A stretch of DNA of 64,000 bases from Dehalococcoidia bacterium (GTDB lineage Bacteria; Chloroflexota; Dehalococcoidia; Lucifugimonadales; JADFKI01): contig CBDESO010000012.1 of NCBI GenBank assembly GCA_965242555.1, positions 330,803-394,802 of the forward strand. Direction: 5' to 3'. The notes beneath the pieces are model-generated. The model was not told where the DNA came from. It was given only the letters and a program-made list of their open reading frames with translations, and ran no database searches. Position 1 is the stretch's first letter. Every line of letters begins with the position of its first letter. Below, one piece after another: positions 9,337 through 18,696 of this stretch. Made by a program: the position numbers and the translations under genes.

Positions 9337-9845
9337 GAGATGGTCAACTCAAACTGAGCGGAAATCCGAAAACCGACGCCCACGAAGACCGGATACTTGT
9401 CCGCGATGTTGTCCGCCACTTGTCTGGTATGGCGCGACTTCATGCAGATGAGAAAGTTGGCAATCCCGTCCTAAGCGAAGGCTTGCGCCAAATCGCCAAC
9501 GCTTTGCGCCCTTACGCCACCTGCCCGGCGGATGAGTTGGACAGCGTTCTCAGGGGAATAAGGACTGCCCAAAAGCGACCGCCTAAAAAAATAAAGGCGA
9601 CGCTCCCGCCAAACTTGGAATCCATTGACGCGGACGGCATTGAGAAAGTGCTTTCCGACGAAAACTACACAAAATCCCAAATCGCCGAATTGGGATACAA
9701 ACGATTTGGCATATCCCAATCAACGCTCGCCAGGATCAGCAAAGAAGACGCGCTGATTTCCATACGCGCCGCGCTAGAGAATGAACGGGCCCTTGATGTG
9801 ATTTCACAAGTGGCGCGCGCAAGTGGCAAAGCGCGGGCGTCCTAA
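9333..9845 (+). CDS. Hypothetical 170-aa protein translationally coupled to the ParA-like ATPase
   Basis: ATGA start/stop overlap at 9333..9336. Basic tract KRPPKKIK and a possible C-terminal helix-turn-helix (SQIAELGYKRFGISQSTLARI). No family recognised. Confidence 0.5.
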   Translation: MRDGQLKLSGNPKTDAHEDRILVRDVVRHLSGMARLHADEKVGNPVLSEGLRQIANALRPYATCPADELDSVLRGIRTAQKRPPKKIKATLPPNLESIDADGIEKVLSDENYTKSQIAELGYKRFGISQSTLARISKEDALISIRAALENERALDVISQVARASGKARAS

Positions 9846-9985
9846 AAAAGCCCTCAAGCGCCGCCCGCCTCAAAGCCGACCTGATAAAGAACACGGGCGC
9901 CTGAGCGCGAGCGCAATGTGAACAAGCCAAACCTAGCCGCCCCCTAATCCAAGCCGCGCGCCCCCTTTGCGACACAGCCCCCTAC

Positions 9986-10447
9986 CTAAAACAACCCCTC
10001 CCCCTCCATCCCCGCCGCCTGCCGCACCCAGCCCGCCACCAGCTCCTCATCCTCAATCCCATCCTCATAAATATGATAATACCGAACCCCATCCTGCTTA
10101 GACGCCACCGGCGGCACAGGGCTAAGCGAACTCCCCCGAAAGAACGTAACCTTGATATACTTAGCAAAGCAGTGGTAGCTCACAAACCAGCCCTTGCCCT
10201 CAATCCCGTAAAACGGCGAATTCCACCGCACCGCCTTTCGCGCCGCCGGCGCGTTTCGCATAATCAGCGCATCCAGCCGCCGCCCAACCTCGCTCTTCCA
10301 CCCCGGCATCGCCGCGATATACGCCTCCACCGGCGCATCCCCATCCGCCTTCGCTATCTGCGGATTCCCCCCCGACAGCAGCCGAACTCCCCCATCGCCC
10401 TGCCCTGACGCGGGCTTGGAGCCACTATTAGACGACCTATCAGCCAT
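9986..10447 (-). CDS. DUF1801 (YdhG-like) domain protein
   Basis: ..VEAYIAAMPGWKSEVGRRLDALI..VRWNSPFYGIEGKGWFVSYHCFAKYIKVTFFRG.. matches the DUF1801 pattern. Confidence 0.7.
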   Translation of the reverse strand: MADRSSNSGSKPASGQGDGGVRLLSGGNPQIAKADGDAPVEAYIAAMPGWKSEVGRRLDALIMRNAPAARKAVRWNSPFYGIEGKGWFVSYHCFAKYIKVTFFRGSSLSPVPPVASKQDGVRYYHIYEDGIEDEELVAGWVRQAAGMEGEGLF

Positions 10448-10511
10448 AGCATCCGCCTAGCCCTGCCTGAACGCTTGTGAGGAAAACGCGCGCAACCTGC
10501 GCCGCGTGAAA

Positions 10512-10588
10512 TGGTGGAGCTGAGGGGACTCGAACCCCTGACTTCTTCCTTGCAAAGGAAGCGCTCTCCCGTGCTGAGCTACAGCCCC
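10512..10588 (-). tRNA. tRNA-Ala (anticodon UGC), CCA encoded
   Basis: The reverse complement reads GGGGCTGTAGCTCAGCACGGGAGAGCGCTTCCTTTGCAAGGAAGAAGTCAGGGGTTCGAGTCCCCTCAGCTCCACCA. It folds as a cloverleaf with the G3:U70 identity pair and anticodon loop TTTGCAA. Confidence 0.93.
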
Positions 10589-10636
10589 GCGCAGACATCC
10601 CGCCGCGCCAAGCGCGCGTCGCGCCGGGCGCAAAGA

Positions 10637-10662
10637 CACCTTAACCGCTGGATAGTGGAAGG
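10637..10662 (-). other. 3' half of the long-range helix enclosing the 16S (putative RNase III processing stem)
   Basis: caccttaaccgctggatagtggaagg is complementary at 24 of 26 positions to 12359..12384. Confidence 0.6.
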
Positions 10663-10848
10663 AAAAGTTTAGACTTAAATAACGACAGGTTTTCTCAGGG
10701 AGGCGCATTCGGGCTTCTGAGGAGCTCCCTCCGGCTTGCGCCGAAGTCCGGCTCTACTCGTCCGCCTTAGTCGCCCCGCCTGTCGAACGACCTGGGATTA
10801 GCCCTTGCGACATCGGCGCATGCGCGCGTCCGCCGCTTGGCTTCTCCC

Positions 10849-12347
<1,499 letters not shown>

Positions 12348-12358
12348 CGTGTGTATTT

Positions 12359-12384
12359 CCTTCCACTATCCAGTTGTTAAGGTG
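12359..12384 (-). other. 5' half of the 16S-enclosing processing helix
   Basis: ccttccactatccagttgttaaggtg pairs with 10637..10662. Confidence 0.6.
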
Positions 12385-12415
12385 CTAACACCGCTGTTCA
12401 AAAGCGGTAACCATC

Positions 12416-12480
12416 ATCTTACACCCCGCCGCGCGCGGGTGTCAAGCGTTTTTCAACGAATTTTGGAAAATATCCAAATT
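12416..12480 (-). promoter_or_regulatory. rRNA promoter: TTGACA-18-TAAGAT with an AT-rich UP-like tract
   Basis: On the minus strand, TTGACA lies at 12445..12440 and TAAGAT at 12421..12416. The AT-rich sequence ggatattttccaaaattcgttgaaaaacgc lies immediately upstream, in an otherwise GC-rich context. Confidence 0.55.
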
Positions 12481-12520
12481 CGCCCCAAATCCCGCATCCC
12501 GCGCGCGGCAAAGCGCCCTC

Positions 12521-13468
12521 TTACGCCTCCAACTCCCCCAATATCCCCCGCACATAGTTCACGCTGCGCCTGTCCTTGTACAGCTGATCCCCCGTGTTCG
12601 CGCCCTCTATCGCCAAATACCCGTCATAGCCCGCCTCCACCATCGCGCTTATGGCGAACCGATAGTCAATGTCCCCGTCCGGCAGCGCAGTCCGTATGTA
12701 ATACGAATGCTCCAGCTCGGGGATATGCACGCGGCTCAGGCTCTTGCAGTGCCAGTACTTCGACCGCGCCGCCAGCGCCGTTACGCACTGCTCCATAGAC
12801 TCCTCCGGCACATCGTAGTTCCACAGCACATTCCCCAAGTCCGGGTTCGCATGCACAAACGGGCTGTCCGCCAGCTCCAGCAGATGCAGCGTCGCCCAGC
12901 TGTTGTCCGCGATGGAATGCTGGTGAACCTCGATCGTGATGTTCACGCCCCTATCGCCCGCCATAGCCCCCGCCTCGCGCAGCGCCTGCGCCGTGCGGAT
13001 GAAGTCCTCCTCGCTCGCCATCTGGCTGGAGCCGTGCGACTCCGGCGCGCCCGAAGGCCCCGTGTCCAGCATGCGATTGGGCGCGGCGCCGCTCAGCGCG
13101 GTATTCACGATGTCCGCCCCCAGCGCGTCCGCCACCTCCACCGCGCGCTCCAGCCGCTTGCGATTATGCGCCGCCGTGCGCGGATAGCACAGCGGCCCGC
13201 CCGCCCGTATCGCCACGCACGGCGTCCCCTCGTCCGCCAGCCGCCGCCCCAGCGCCTCCACCTTGCGCTCATCGATATTCAGCTCGCCGTTAGCCGCCGC
13301 CGCCCCGTCCGCCGCGAACCCGTCCAGCCCCAGCTCGATCCCGTCAAACCCGATGTCCCGCACCTTGCCCAGGTAATCCCCCAGCGCGCGCTCATCCGGC
13401 AGCGCCCAAGCCGCCCCCGCCACAAACGGGTAAAACGTACTCCGCCGAAATGCGTATGCGATCTTCAC
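12521..13468 (-). CDS. Sugar phosphate isomerase/epimerase (xylose-isomerase-like TIM barrel)
   Basis: GTG start follows AGGGGAG. GFDGIELG.., ..ITIEVHQHS.., ..GYLAIEG are typical AP_endonuc_2/TIM-barrel motifs. Confidence 0.8.
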   Translation of the reverse strand: MKIAYAFRRSTFYPFVAGAAWALPDERALGDYLGKVRDIGFDGIELGLDGFAADGAAAANGELNIDERKVEALGRRLADEGTPCVAIRAGGPLCYPRTAAHNRKRLERAVEVADALGADIVNTALSGAAPNRMLDTGPSGAPESHGSSQMASEEDFIRTAQALREAGAMAGDRGVNITIEVHQHSIADNSWATLHLLELADSPFVHANPDLGNVLWNYDVPEESMEQCVTALAARSKYWHCKSLSRVHIPELEHSYYIRTALPDGDIDYRFAISAMVEAGYDGYLAIEGANTGDQLYKDRRSVNYVRGILGELEA

Positions 13469-13528
13469 TGCAACTCCCCTTTCTGATGTGATGTTTGCCT
13501 GATTAAGACTTGCCCTTGCCGCCGCCGA

Positions 13529-14572
13529 CTACTCCCCCCGTTCTCGCCGTTCCCGCCGAACCCGCTCCAGCTCCCGCCTCAACTCCGCCGCCTCAGCCTC
13601 GGCCGCCTTAACCCGTGCCTCGGCCGCCTCAACCCGCTCCCGCTCACTCCGCAACTCTGCCTCAGCCCTTGACTCCGACTCTTGTGACTGCGCCTCGGCC
13701 GCCTCAGCCCTTGCCTCCAACTCCCTTGCCCGTGTCTCGGCCGCCTCAGCCCGCTCTCGCTTACTCCGCAGCGCCGCATCAGATCGCTCCCGAATTTCCC
13801 GCGCTCGCTCCTCGGCCAACACCGCCTCAGCCCTAGCCAACACGGCATCCGCCTCCGCCGCCAGCCTCGCCGCATGCTCCGCGCTCAGAAAATACAGCCA
13901 CTCCCCGCTGCTGCTGTCCCGCATCCAAATCCGGCGGTCGTTGCGCCAGAAGAAGTCTATATCCAAGACCTCGCTATGCGCCCAAACCTCCCCGTCATCG
14001 TTCTCATGCAGCGGATACGGCACATACACCCCGTTCACCAGCCGCTCCGCCGCCAGCGGCTGCCCATACCAGTCGCCGCCGGTGGGATCTATGCGCCAGT
14101 ACTCCAGCGCCCCTATGCGCTCATAGATGTCCCGCTTTCTGTGCAAATCCGCCGACGCAGTACTCGGCGACGCCACCTCCACCACAAAATCCGGCGGCTT
14201 GCCCCACTGCCAGACGCGGTAGCTATTGTGCGTCGTCGCCATATCCGGATCCGCCCCGAACGCCACATAGCAATCCGGCGCGATCCGCGCATTCGGATTG
14301 TCTATGTCGTACAGGATAAACGTCGGCCCCGAAATCAGCACATCCTCCGGATAGTCGGCATACCGCAGCCGCAGCACGCTAGTTATGTCTTCCATTATCG
14401 GGTTCTGCTGCATGCCGTCTCCTGGCCGCTCCGGATCCTCTACAAAATCATACCAATGCGTCGCGGCAACCTGCGTCGCCCCTTGCGTCGCCGCCTGAGT
14501 CGCCGCCTGCGCCGCCGCCTGAGTCGCCGCCTGCGCTCCCATTGTCATAGCCAAACCTCCCGCAAGCATCAT
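13529..14572 (-). CDS. Uma2-family (DUF820) putative endonuclease with a long C-terminal coiled-coil tail
   Basis: The core PDCYVAFGADP..WQWGKPPDFVVEVASPSTASADLHRKRDIYERIGALEYWRIDP is the Uma2 PD-(D/E)xK pattern. The last ~110 aa form an A/E/R-rich repeat. Confidence 0.75.
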   Translation of the reverse strand: MMLAGGLAMTMGAQAATQAAAQAATQAATQGATQVAATHWYDFVEDPERPGDGMQQNPIMEDITSVLRLRYADYPEDVLISGPTFILYDIDNPNARIAPDCYVAFGADPDMATTHNSYRVWQWGKPPDFVVEVASPSTASADLHRKRDIYERIGALEYWRIDPTGGDWYGQPLAAERLVNGVYVPYPLHENDDGEVWAHSEVLDIDFFWRNDRRIWMRDSSSGEWLYFLSAEHAARLAAEADAVLARAEAVLAEERAREIRERSDAALRSKRERAEAAETRARELEARAEAAEAQSQESESRAEAELRSERERVEAAEARVKAAEAEAAELRRELERVRRERRERGE

Positions 14573-14667
14573 CCGCCTGCCTGATATTCCTAGCCGCGCC
14601 CTACCCGCTCGACGCCGATATTGCTATCGCGCCCACACTCGCCCCTTTGCCTTACGCGCCACTCTTG

Positions 14668-15888
14668 CTATTGCGCCCGCAGCCCAAACGCCCCCGCCGC
14701 CATATCCACGATATACCGGCTTATCGTCAGCGACGAAGTCGCCCCCGGCGACGGCGCGCTCAGCACATGTATCGCGTTCTCGCTCTCGGTTATCGCAAAA
14801 TCCTGCAGCAAATTGCCCTTCCCGTCCACCGCTTGCGCCCGCACGCCCGCGCCCGGATCGCTCAAGTCGTCCATCTCTATCTCAGGCACAAGCGTCTGCA
14901 GCGACCGCAGAAACAGCGACTTTCGCAGCGACCGATGCTGCTCGTCCAGCCCGCTCTTCCAGTGCGTCATAGACATCTTCCAAAAGCCCGGATACGTCAG
15001 CGTCCCCAGCGCATCCCCCAGGCTGAAACTCGTCTTATTGTAGCCCTCCCTTGCGAAAGCCAGCACCGCGTTCGGCCCCGCCTCCACGCCGCCCGTAACG
15101 CGCTTGGTGAAATGCACCCCCAGAAACGGCAGCTTGGGATTCGGCACCGGATATATCAGGCTGCGAACCAGATGCTGCCGCTCCGGCCGGATGGAAAAAT
15201 ACTCCCCGCGAAACGGGATAATTCGCAGCCCCGGCTCCGCGCCGATCATCCGCGCCACCTGATCCGCCTGCAACCCGGCGCAGTTGATAATATGACGCGC
15301 CCTAATCTCGCCGCGCGACGTCTCCAAATAAATCTGCCCATCCCGCCGAGTAGCGCCGCGCACCGCCGTATTCGTCAGCAGATCCCCCCCATTCTCGCCG
15401 AACTCCACCGCATACGCCCGCGAAACCCGCTGATAGTCAATAATCCCCGTATTCGGCGAGAAAATAGCCTTCACCCCCGCCGCATGCGGCTCAAGCTCCG
15501 CCAGCCGTTCCGGCCCCACCATCTCCAGCCCCTGCGCCCCATTCGCCGTCCCCCGCTCCAGCAGATCATCCAGACGCGGCACCTCCTCCTCATTCGTAGC
15601 CACGATAACCTTGCCGCACATCTCATACTCGATCCCGCGCTCATCGCAGAACTGCCTTAGCAGCCTGCCGCCCGTCGAGCAGAAATTCGCCTTCTGCGAC
15701 CCCGGCGCGTAATATATCCCCGCGTGAATAACCCCGCTATTATGCCCCGTCTGATGCTGAGCGATCTCCCCGTCCTTCTCCAGCGCCGCCACCTTATAGC
15801 GCGGATACTCCTGCGCCAGCCGCATCGCCGTCGCCAGCCCAATAATCCCCGCCCCAATCACCGCAATATCGTACCCCTGAAAACTCAT
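14668..15888 (-). CDS. lhgO: L-2-hydroxyglutarate oxidase (FAD-dependent)
   Basis: DIAVIGAGIIGLATA dinucleotide fold, QTGHNSGVIHAGIYYAPGS, RGEYF, PFLGVHFT and NAPSPGATSS. Recalled from memory, it appears collinear with E. coli LhgO/YgaF. Confidence 0.85.
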   Translation of the reverse strand: MSFQGYDIAVIGAGIIGLATAMRLAQEYPRYKVAALEKDGEIAQHQTGHNSGVIHAGIYYAPGSQKANFCSTGGRLLRQFCDERGIEYEMCGKVIVATNEEEVPRLDDLLERGTANGAQGLEMVGPERLAELEPHAAGVKAIFSPNTGIIDYQRVSRAYAVEFGENGGDLLTNTAVRGATRRDGQIYLETSRGEIRARHIINCAGLQADQVARMIGAEPGLRIIPFRGEYFSIRPERQHLVRSLIYPVPNPKLPFLGVHFTKRVTGGVEAGPNAVLAFAREGYNKTSFSLGDALGTLTYPGFWKMSMTHWKSGLDEQHRSLRKSLFLRSLQTLVPEIEMDDLSDPGAGVRAQAVDGKGNLLQDFAITESENAIHVLSAPSPGATSSLTISRYIVDMAAGAFGLRAQ

Positions 15889-16088
15889 GCCTACGCCCTT
15901 CCTTGCCTTAGTGGTCTTGATTATGCTTTCGTCGTTTTGATATGAAAACGCCTATGCCTTTGCGCTGATTGTATCACACACCCTATCCCAATCGGATTGC
16001 CCGACAGAACGACGGCGACAGAACAGAACGGACGCAGACACCCCCTTGCCCAATCGGCCCCCGCCTATTCATATCGCCCTCGCCAAAG

Positions 16089-16118
16089 TTGAGCGCCCTT
16101 AGCGAACTCAGATATAAT
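16089..16118 (+). promoter_or_regulatory. Promoter TTGAGC-18-TATAAT for RCC1/PQQ paralogue 1
   Basis: CCAAAGTTGAGC...gaTATAAT. The same architecture is conserved upstream of paralogue 2. Confidence 0.55.
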
Positions 16119-16196
16119 TGCGCCCGCCCAACTACTAGACACGGAGTATCCCCAACATTGCTTAATCTCGCCGCCATATCCACGTATGCCGCGCGT

Positions 16197-18497
16197 TTGT
16201 TTGGGGAGAGGCAGAACGAAAGCATCCCAAGCCTCGCCGCCCTCTGCGCCGCCCTTTGCCTAACCCTATTCGCCTGCTCTCAACCGCCCGCGCCCCAACC
16301 CCCCCTTGCCCCCACCGCCACCACTCAACCCACGCCTGCCCCCCCGCTGCCCGAACCCACGCCGCAACCCAGCTCTGCCCCCACGCAACCCGTGCCCTTG
16401 CCTACAAGCGTCGCCACCCCGTCACCCCCGGCGCAACCCACGCCACCCCCAACGCCCACCACCGCCCCAGCTCCTCCAAGCGTCGCCACGCCAACGCCCA
16501 CCGCTCAGCCTACTCCTACTCCCACGCCAACCCCGCCGCCAACCCTTCCACCCGCAGACGTCGCCTTCACGCAAATAACCGCCAGTAAAACCTACGCCTG
16601 CGGACTGCGCGAAAACGCCGCCGCCCTCTGCTGGGGACGCGACAACAACGACGATGGCATCCTAGCCCCTCCCGCACAAACCGCCTTCAGCCAAATATCC
16701 GCCGGGCTGGGCTTCACCTGCGGACTGCGCCAAGACGCCACAATCGCCTGCTGGGGAAGAAATTCGGCGGGGCAAGCCTCCCCGCCGCAAGGCTCATTTA
16801 GCGAAATAGCCACAGGCGGCAACCACGCCTGCGCCATTCCCATGCCACAAAGCTCGCCCCCCGGACTTATATGCTGGGGAGCGCCATTCCCAAACGGCGA
16901 TGAAACCCTGCTGCTGGACGCGCCCATCTCCGATATTAAGGCAGGAGGAAGTTCCACCTGTGGACTGACCCCCCAAGCCGATATGGCTTGCATGCAAATG
17001 AATCAGCGCCTGACTGAAATCACTCCCGGACCATTCACCCGCTTAAGCGTGGGCTTGCATCACATCTGCGCGTTGCGCGAAGACGGCAGCGCCTTCTGCC
17101 AAGAAGACAATCCCCAGTTCCGCTCAAGCCCGCCCCCCACCAAGTTCGTCCAAATCGCCGCAGGCTGGAATCACAGCTGCGGCATAACCCGCGCGCGCCG
17201 GATAGAATGTTGGGGCAGCGGACGCCCGGCGGCCCCAGGCGAGCGCCTCGCCGCCCCCGACGGCGAATTCGTCGCAATCACTATCGCCTGGCGCAACTCC
17301 TGCGCCCTCCGCCCCAACGGACGCGCCGTATGCTGGGGAACGCCCGACTACCTCCCCTCCGACTTTGCCCCCGAAATCCCCAACATCTCCGCCGGCGTCT
17401 CTCCCGCGTTTGGCGGCGCTGAGTTCAACTTGCCCGTGGACATATTCCCCTGGCCAAGCGGCGGACTTGCCGTAGTGGAACACAAAGGCGTCATCACCGC
17501 GCATCGCGACCAACCCGACGCGCCGCCCCCGCAAACCATACTTGACATCAACCACGCAGTCGGCGGCAGCGGCATTCTCAGTGCCGCCCTAGACCCGCGC
17601 TTCGAGGACTTCCCCTACCTATACGTCTGGTACACCGCTAACGTCTGGCACAGCGCCGTAGCGGACAACCTATTGGACCAGGGCCCGCCCCGTCTTGTTG
17701 GGCGACTGTCCCGCTTTCGCGTGGAGCGCGGCATCGCCATCAGAGGCTCGGAACTAGCCCTCCTAAACGTCCACATTTCCAACGAATCGCACATAGGCGG
17801 CGCCATACGGTTCGGCGCGGACGGCATGCTCTACCTCGGCATCGGCGACAACGGAAGTAAAGGCAACCCTCAAAACCTTAACAAGCTTAAAGGCAAAATC
17901 ATCCGCATAGACGTGCGCGGCGCAACCGAAGAGCGCCCCTACCGCATCCCGCCCGACAACCCTTTCGTGGACAACCCCAACGCCCGCCCCGAAATATGGG
18001 CATACGGCATGCGAAACCCCTGGCGCATGGCATTCGACCCCAAAGCCCCCAACAGCCTATTCGTCGCCGACGTAGGCCAAAGCACCCGCGAGGAAGTGTC
18101 CATAGCCACCGCCGGCGCCAACCTCGGCTGGCACCTATGCGAGGCGGACATCTGCCAAGAATCGCTCGACCGCGCCACAGCAGCCAGCCTCGCGCCGCCC
18201 GCCGTCGCCTACGGCAGAGACACCGGCTGCGCCGTCATCGGCGGCGTAACCGTCCCCTGGCTAGACAACGGCTTCATATTCGGCGACATTTGCTCCCGCC
18301 GCGTCTGGCTGCTGGAACGAATCAGCCTGCCCGCCGGCCCGCCGGACAGCCCCCAAAACTGGCGCATGCGCGAAATAGCCAACCTATCGGACTCGGCGCG
18401 CAACATAACCGCCTTTGGCGCGGACGCCAACGGCAACATATACGTGCTGCCGGGCAAAGGCCCAATACTGCGCCTCTATCCCGAACCCGCCGAATAG
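16197..18497 (+). CDS. Lipoprotein: RCC1-like 7-blade propeller fused to a PQQ-dependent sugar (glucose/sorbosone) dehydrogenase propeller, paralogue 1
   Basis: Lipobox LTLFAC, a P/T-rich linker and seven ..CGL/CAL..CWG.. blades. These are followed by GGAIRFGADGMLYLGIGD, RIPPDNPF, EIWAYGMRNPWRMAFD and GANLGW. The start is uncertain: TTG at 16197 is the in-frame candidate, and the ATG seen in paralogue 2 is AGG here. Confidence 0.75.
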   Translation: MFGERQNESIPSLAALCAALCLTLFACSQPPAPQPPLAPTATTQPTPAPPLPEPTPQPSSAPTQPVPLPTSVATPSPPAQPTPPPTPTTAPAPPSVATPTPTAQPTPTPTPTPPPTLPPADVAFTQITASKTYACGLRENAAALCWGRDNNDDGILAPPAQTAFSQISAGLGFTCGLRQDATIACWGRNSAGQASPPQGSFSEIATGGNHACAIPMPQSSPPGLICWGAPFPNGDETLLLDAPISDIKAGGSSTCGLTPQADMACMQMNQRLTEITPGPFTRLSVGLHHICALREDGSAFCQEDNPQFRSSPPPTKFVQIAAGWNHSCGITRARRIECWGSGRPAAPGERLAAPDGEFVAITIAWRNSCALRPNGRAVCWGTPDYLPSDFAPEIPNISAGVSPAFGGAEFNLPVDIFPWPSGGLAVVEHKGVITAHRDQPDAPPPQTILDINHAVGGSGILSAALDPRFEDFPYLYVWYTANVWHSAVADNLLDQGPPRLVGRLSRFRVERGIAIRGSELALLNVHISNESHIGGAIRFGADGMLYLGIGDNGSKGNPQNLNKLKGKIIRIDVRGATEERPYRIPPDNPFVDNPNARPEIWAYGMRNPWRMAFDPKAPNSLFVADVGQSTREEVSIATAGANLGWHLCEADICQESLDRATAASLAPPAVAYGRDTGCAVIGGVTVPWLDNGFIFGDICSRRVWLLERISLPAGPPDSPQNWRMREIANLSDSARNITAFGADANGNIYVLPGKGPILRLYPEPAE

Positions 18498-18570
18498 CCC
18501 CCCAACGCCTAACCCGCCGCGCCCTGAATTCTGCCGCGCCCCCCGCGCCCCCCGCGCCCCCCGCCAAAAG

Positions 18571-18600
18571 TTGAGCGCCCCCAACCAACTCAGATACAAT
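18571..18600 (+). promoter_or_regulatory. Promoter TTGAGC-18-TACAAT for paralogue 2
   Basis: CCAAAAGTTGAGC...gaTACAAT, homologous to 16089..16118. Confidence 0.55.
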
Positions 18601-18696
18601 CGCCCCCGCGCCACTCTTATATTTAGATATGGAGTAATCCCAGCATTGCCTAACCTCGCCGCCATAGCCGCGCCCGCCGCGCTTTTGTTCAGACAA

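Noticed and set aside
7250-10588. tRNA-Ala-targeted integration of the low-GC islet
   Set aside because: I found no direct repeat of the tRNA-Ala 3' end at the far boundary near 7250, and no integrase. A native-composition gene (DUF1801) also separates the islet from the tRNA.
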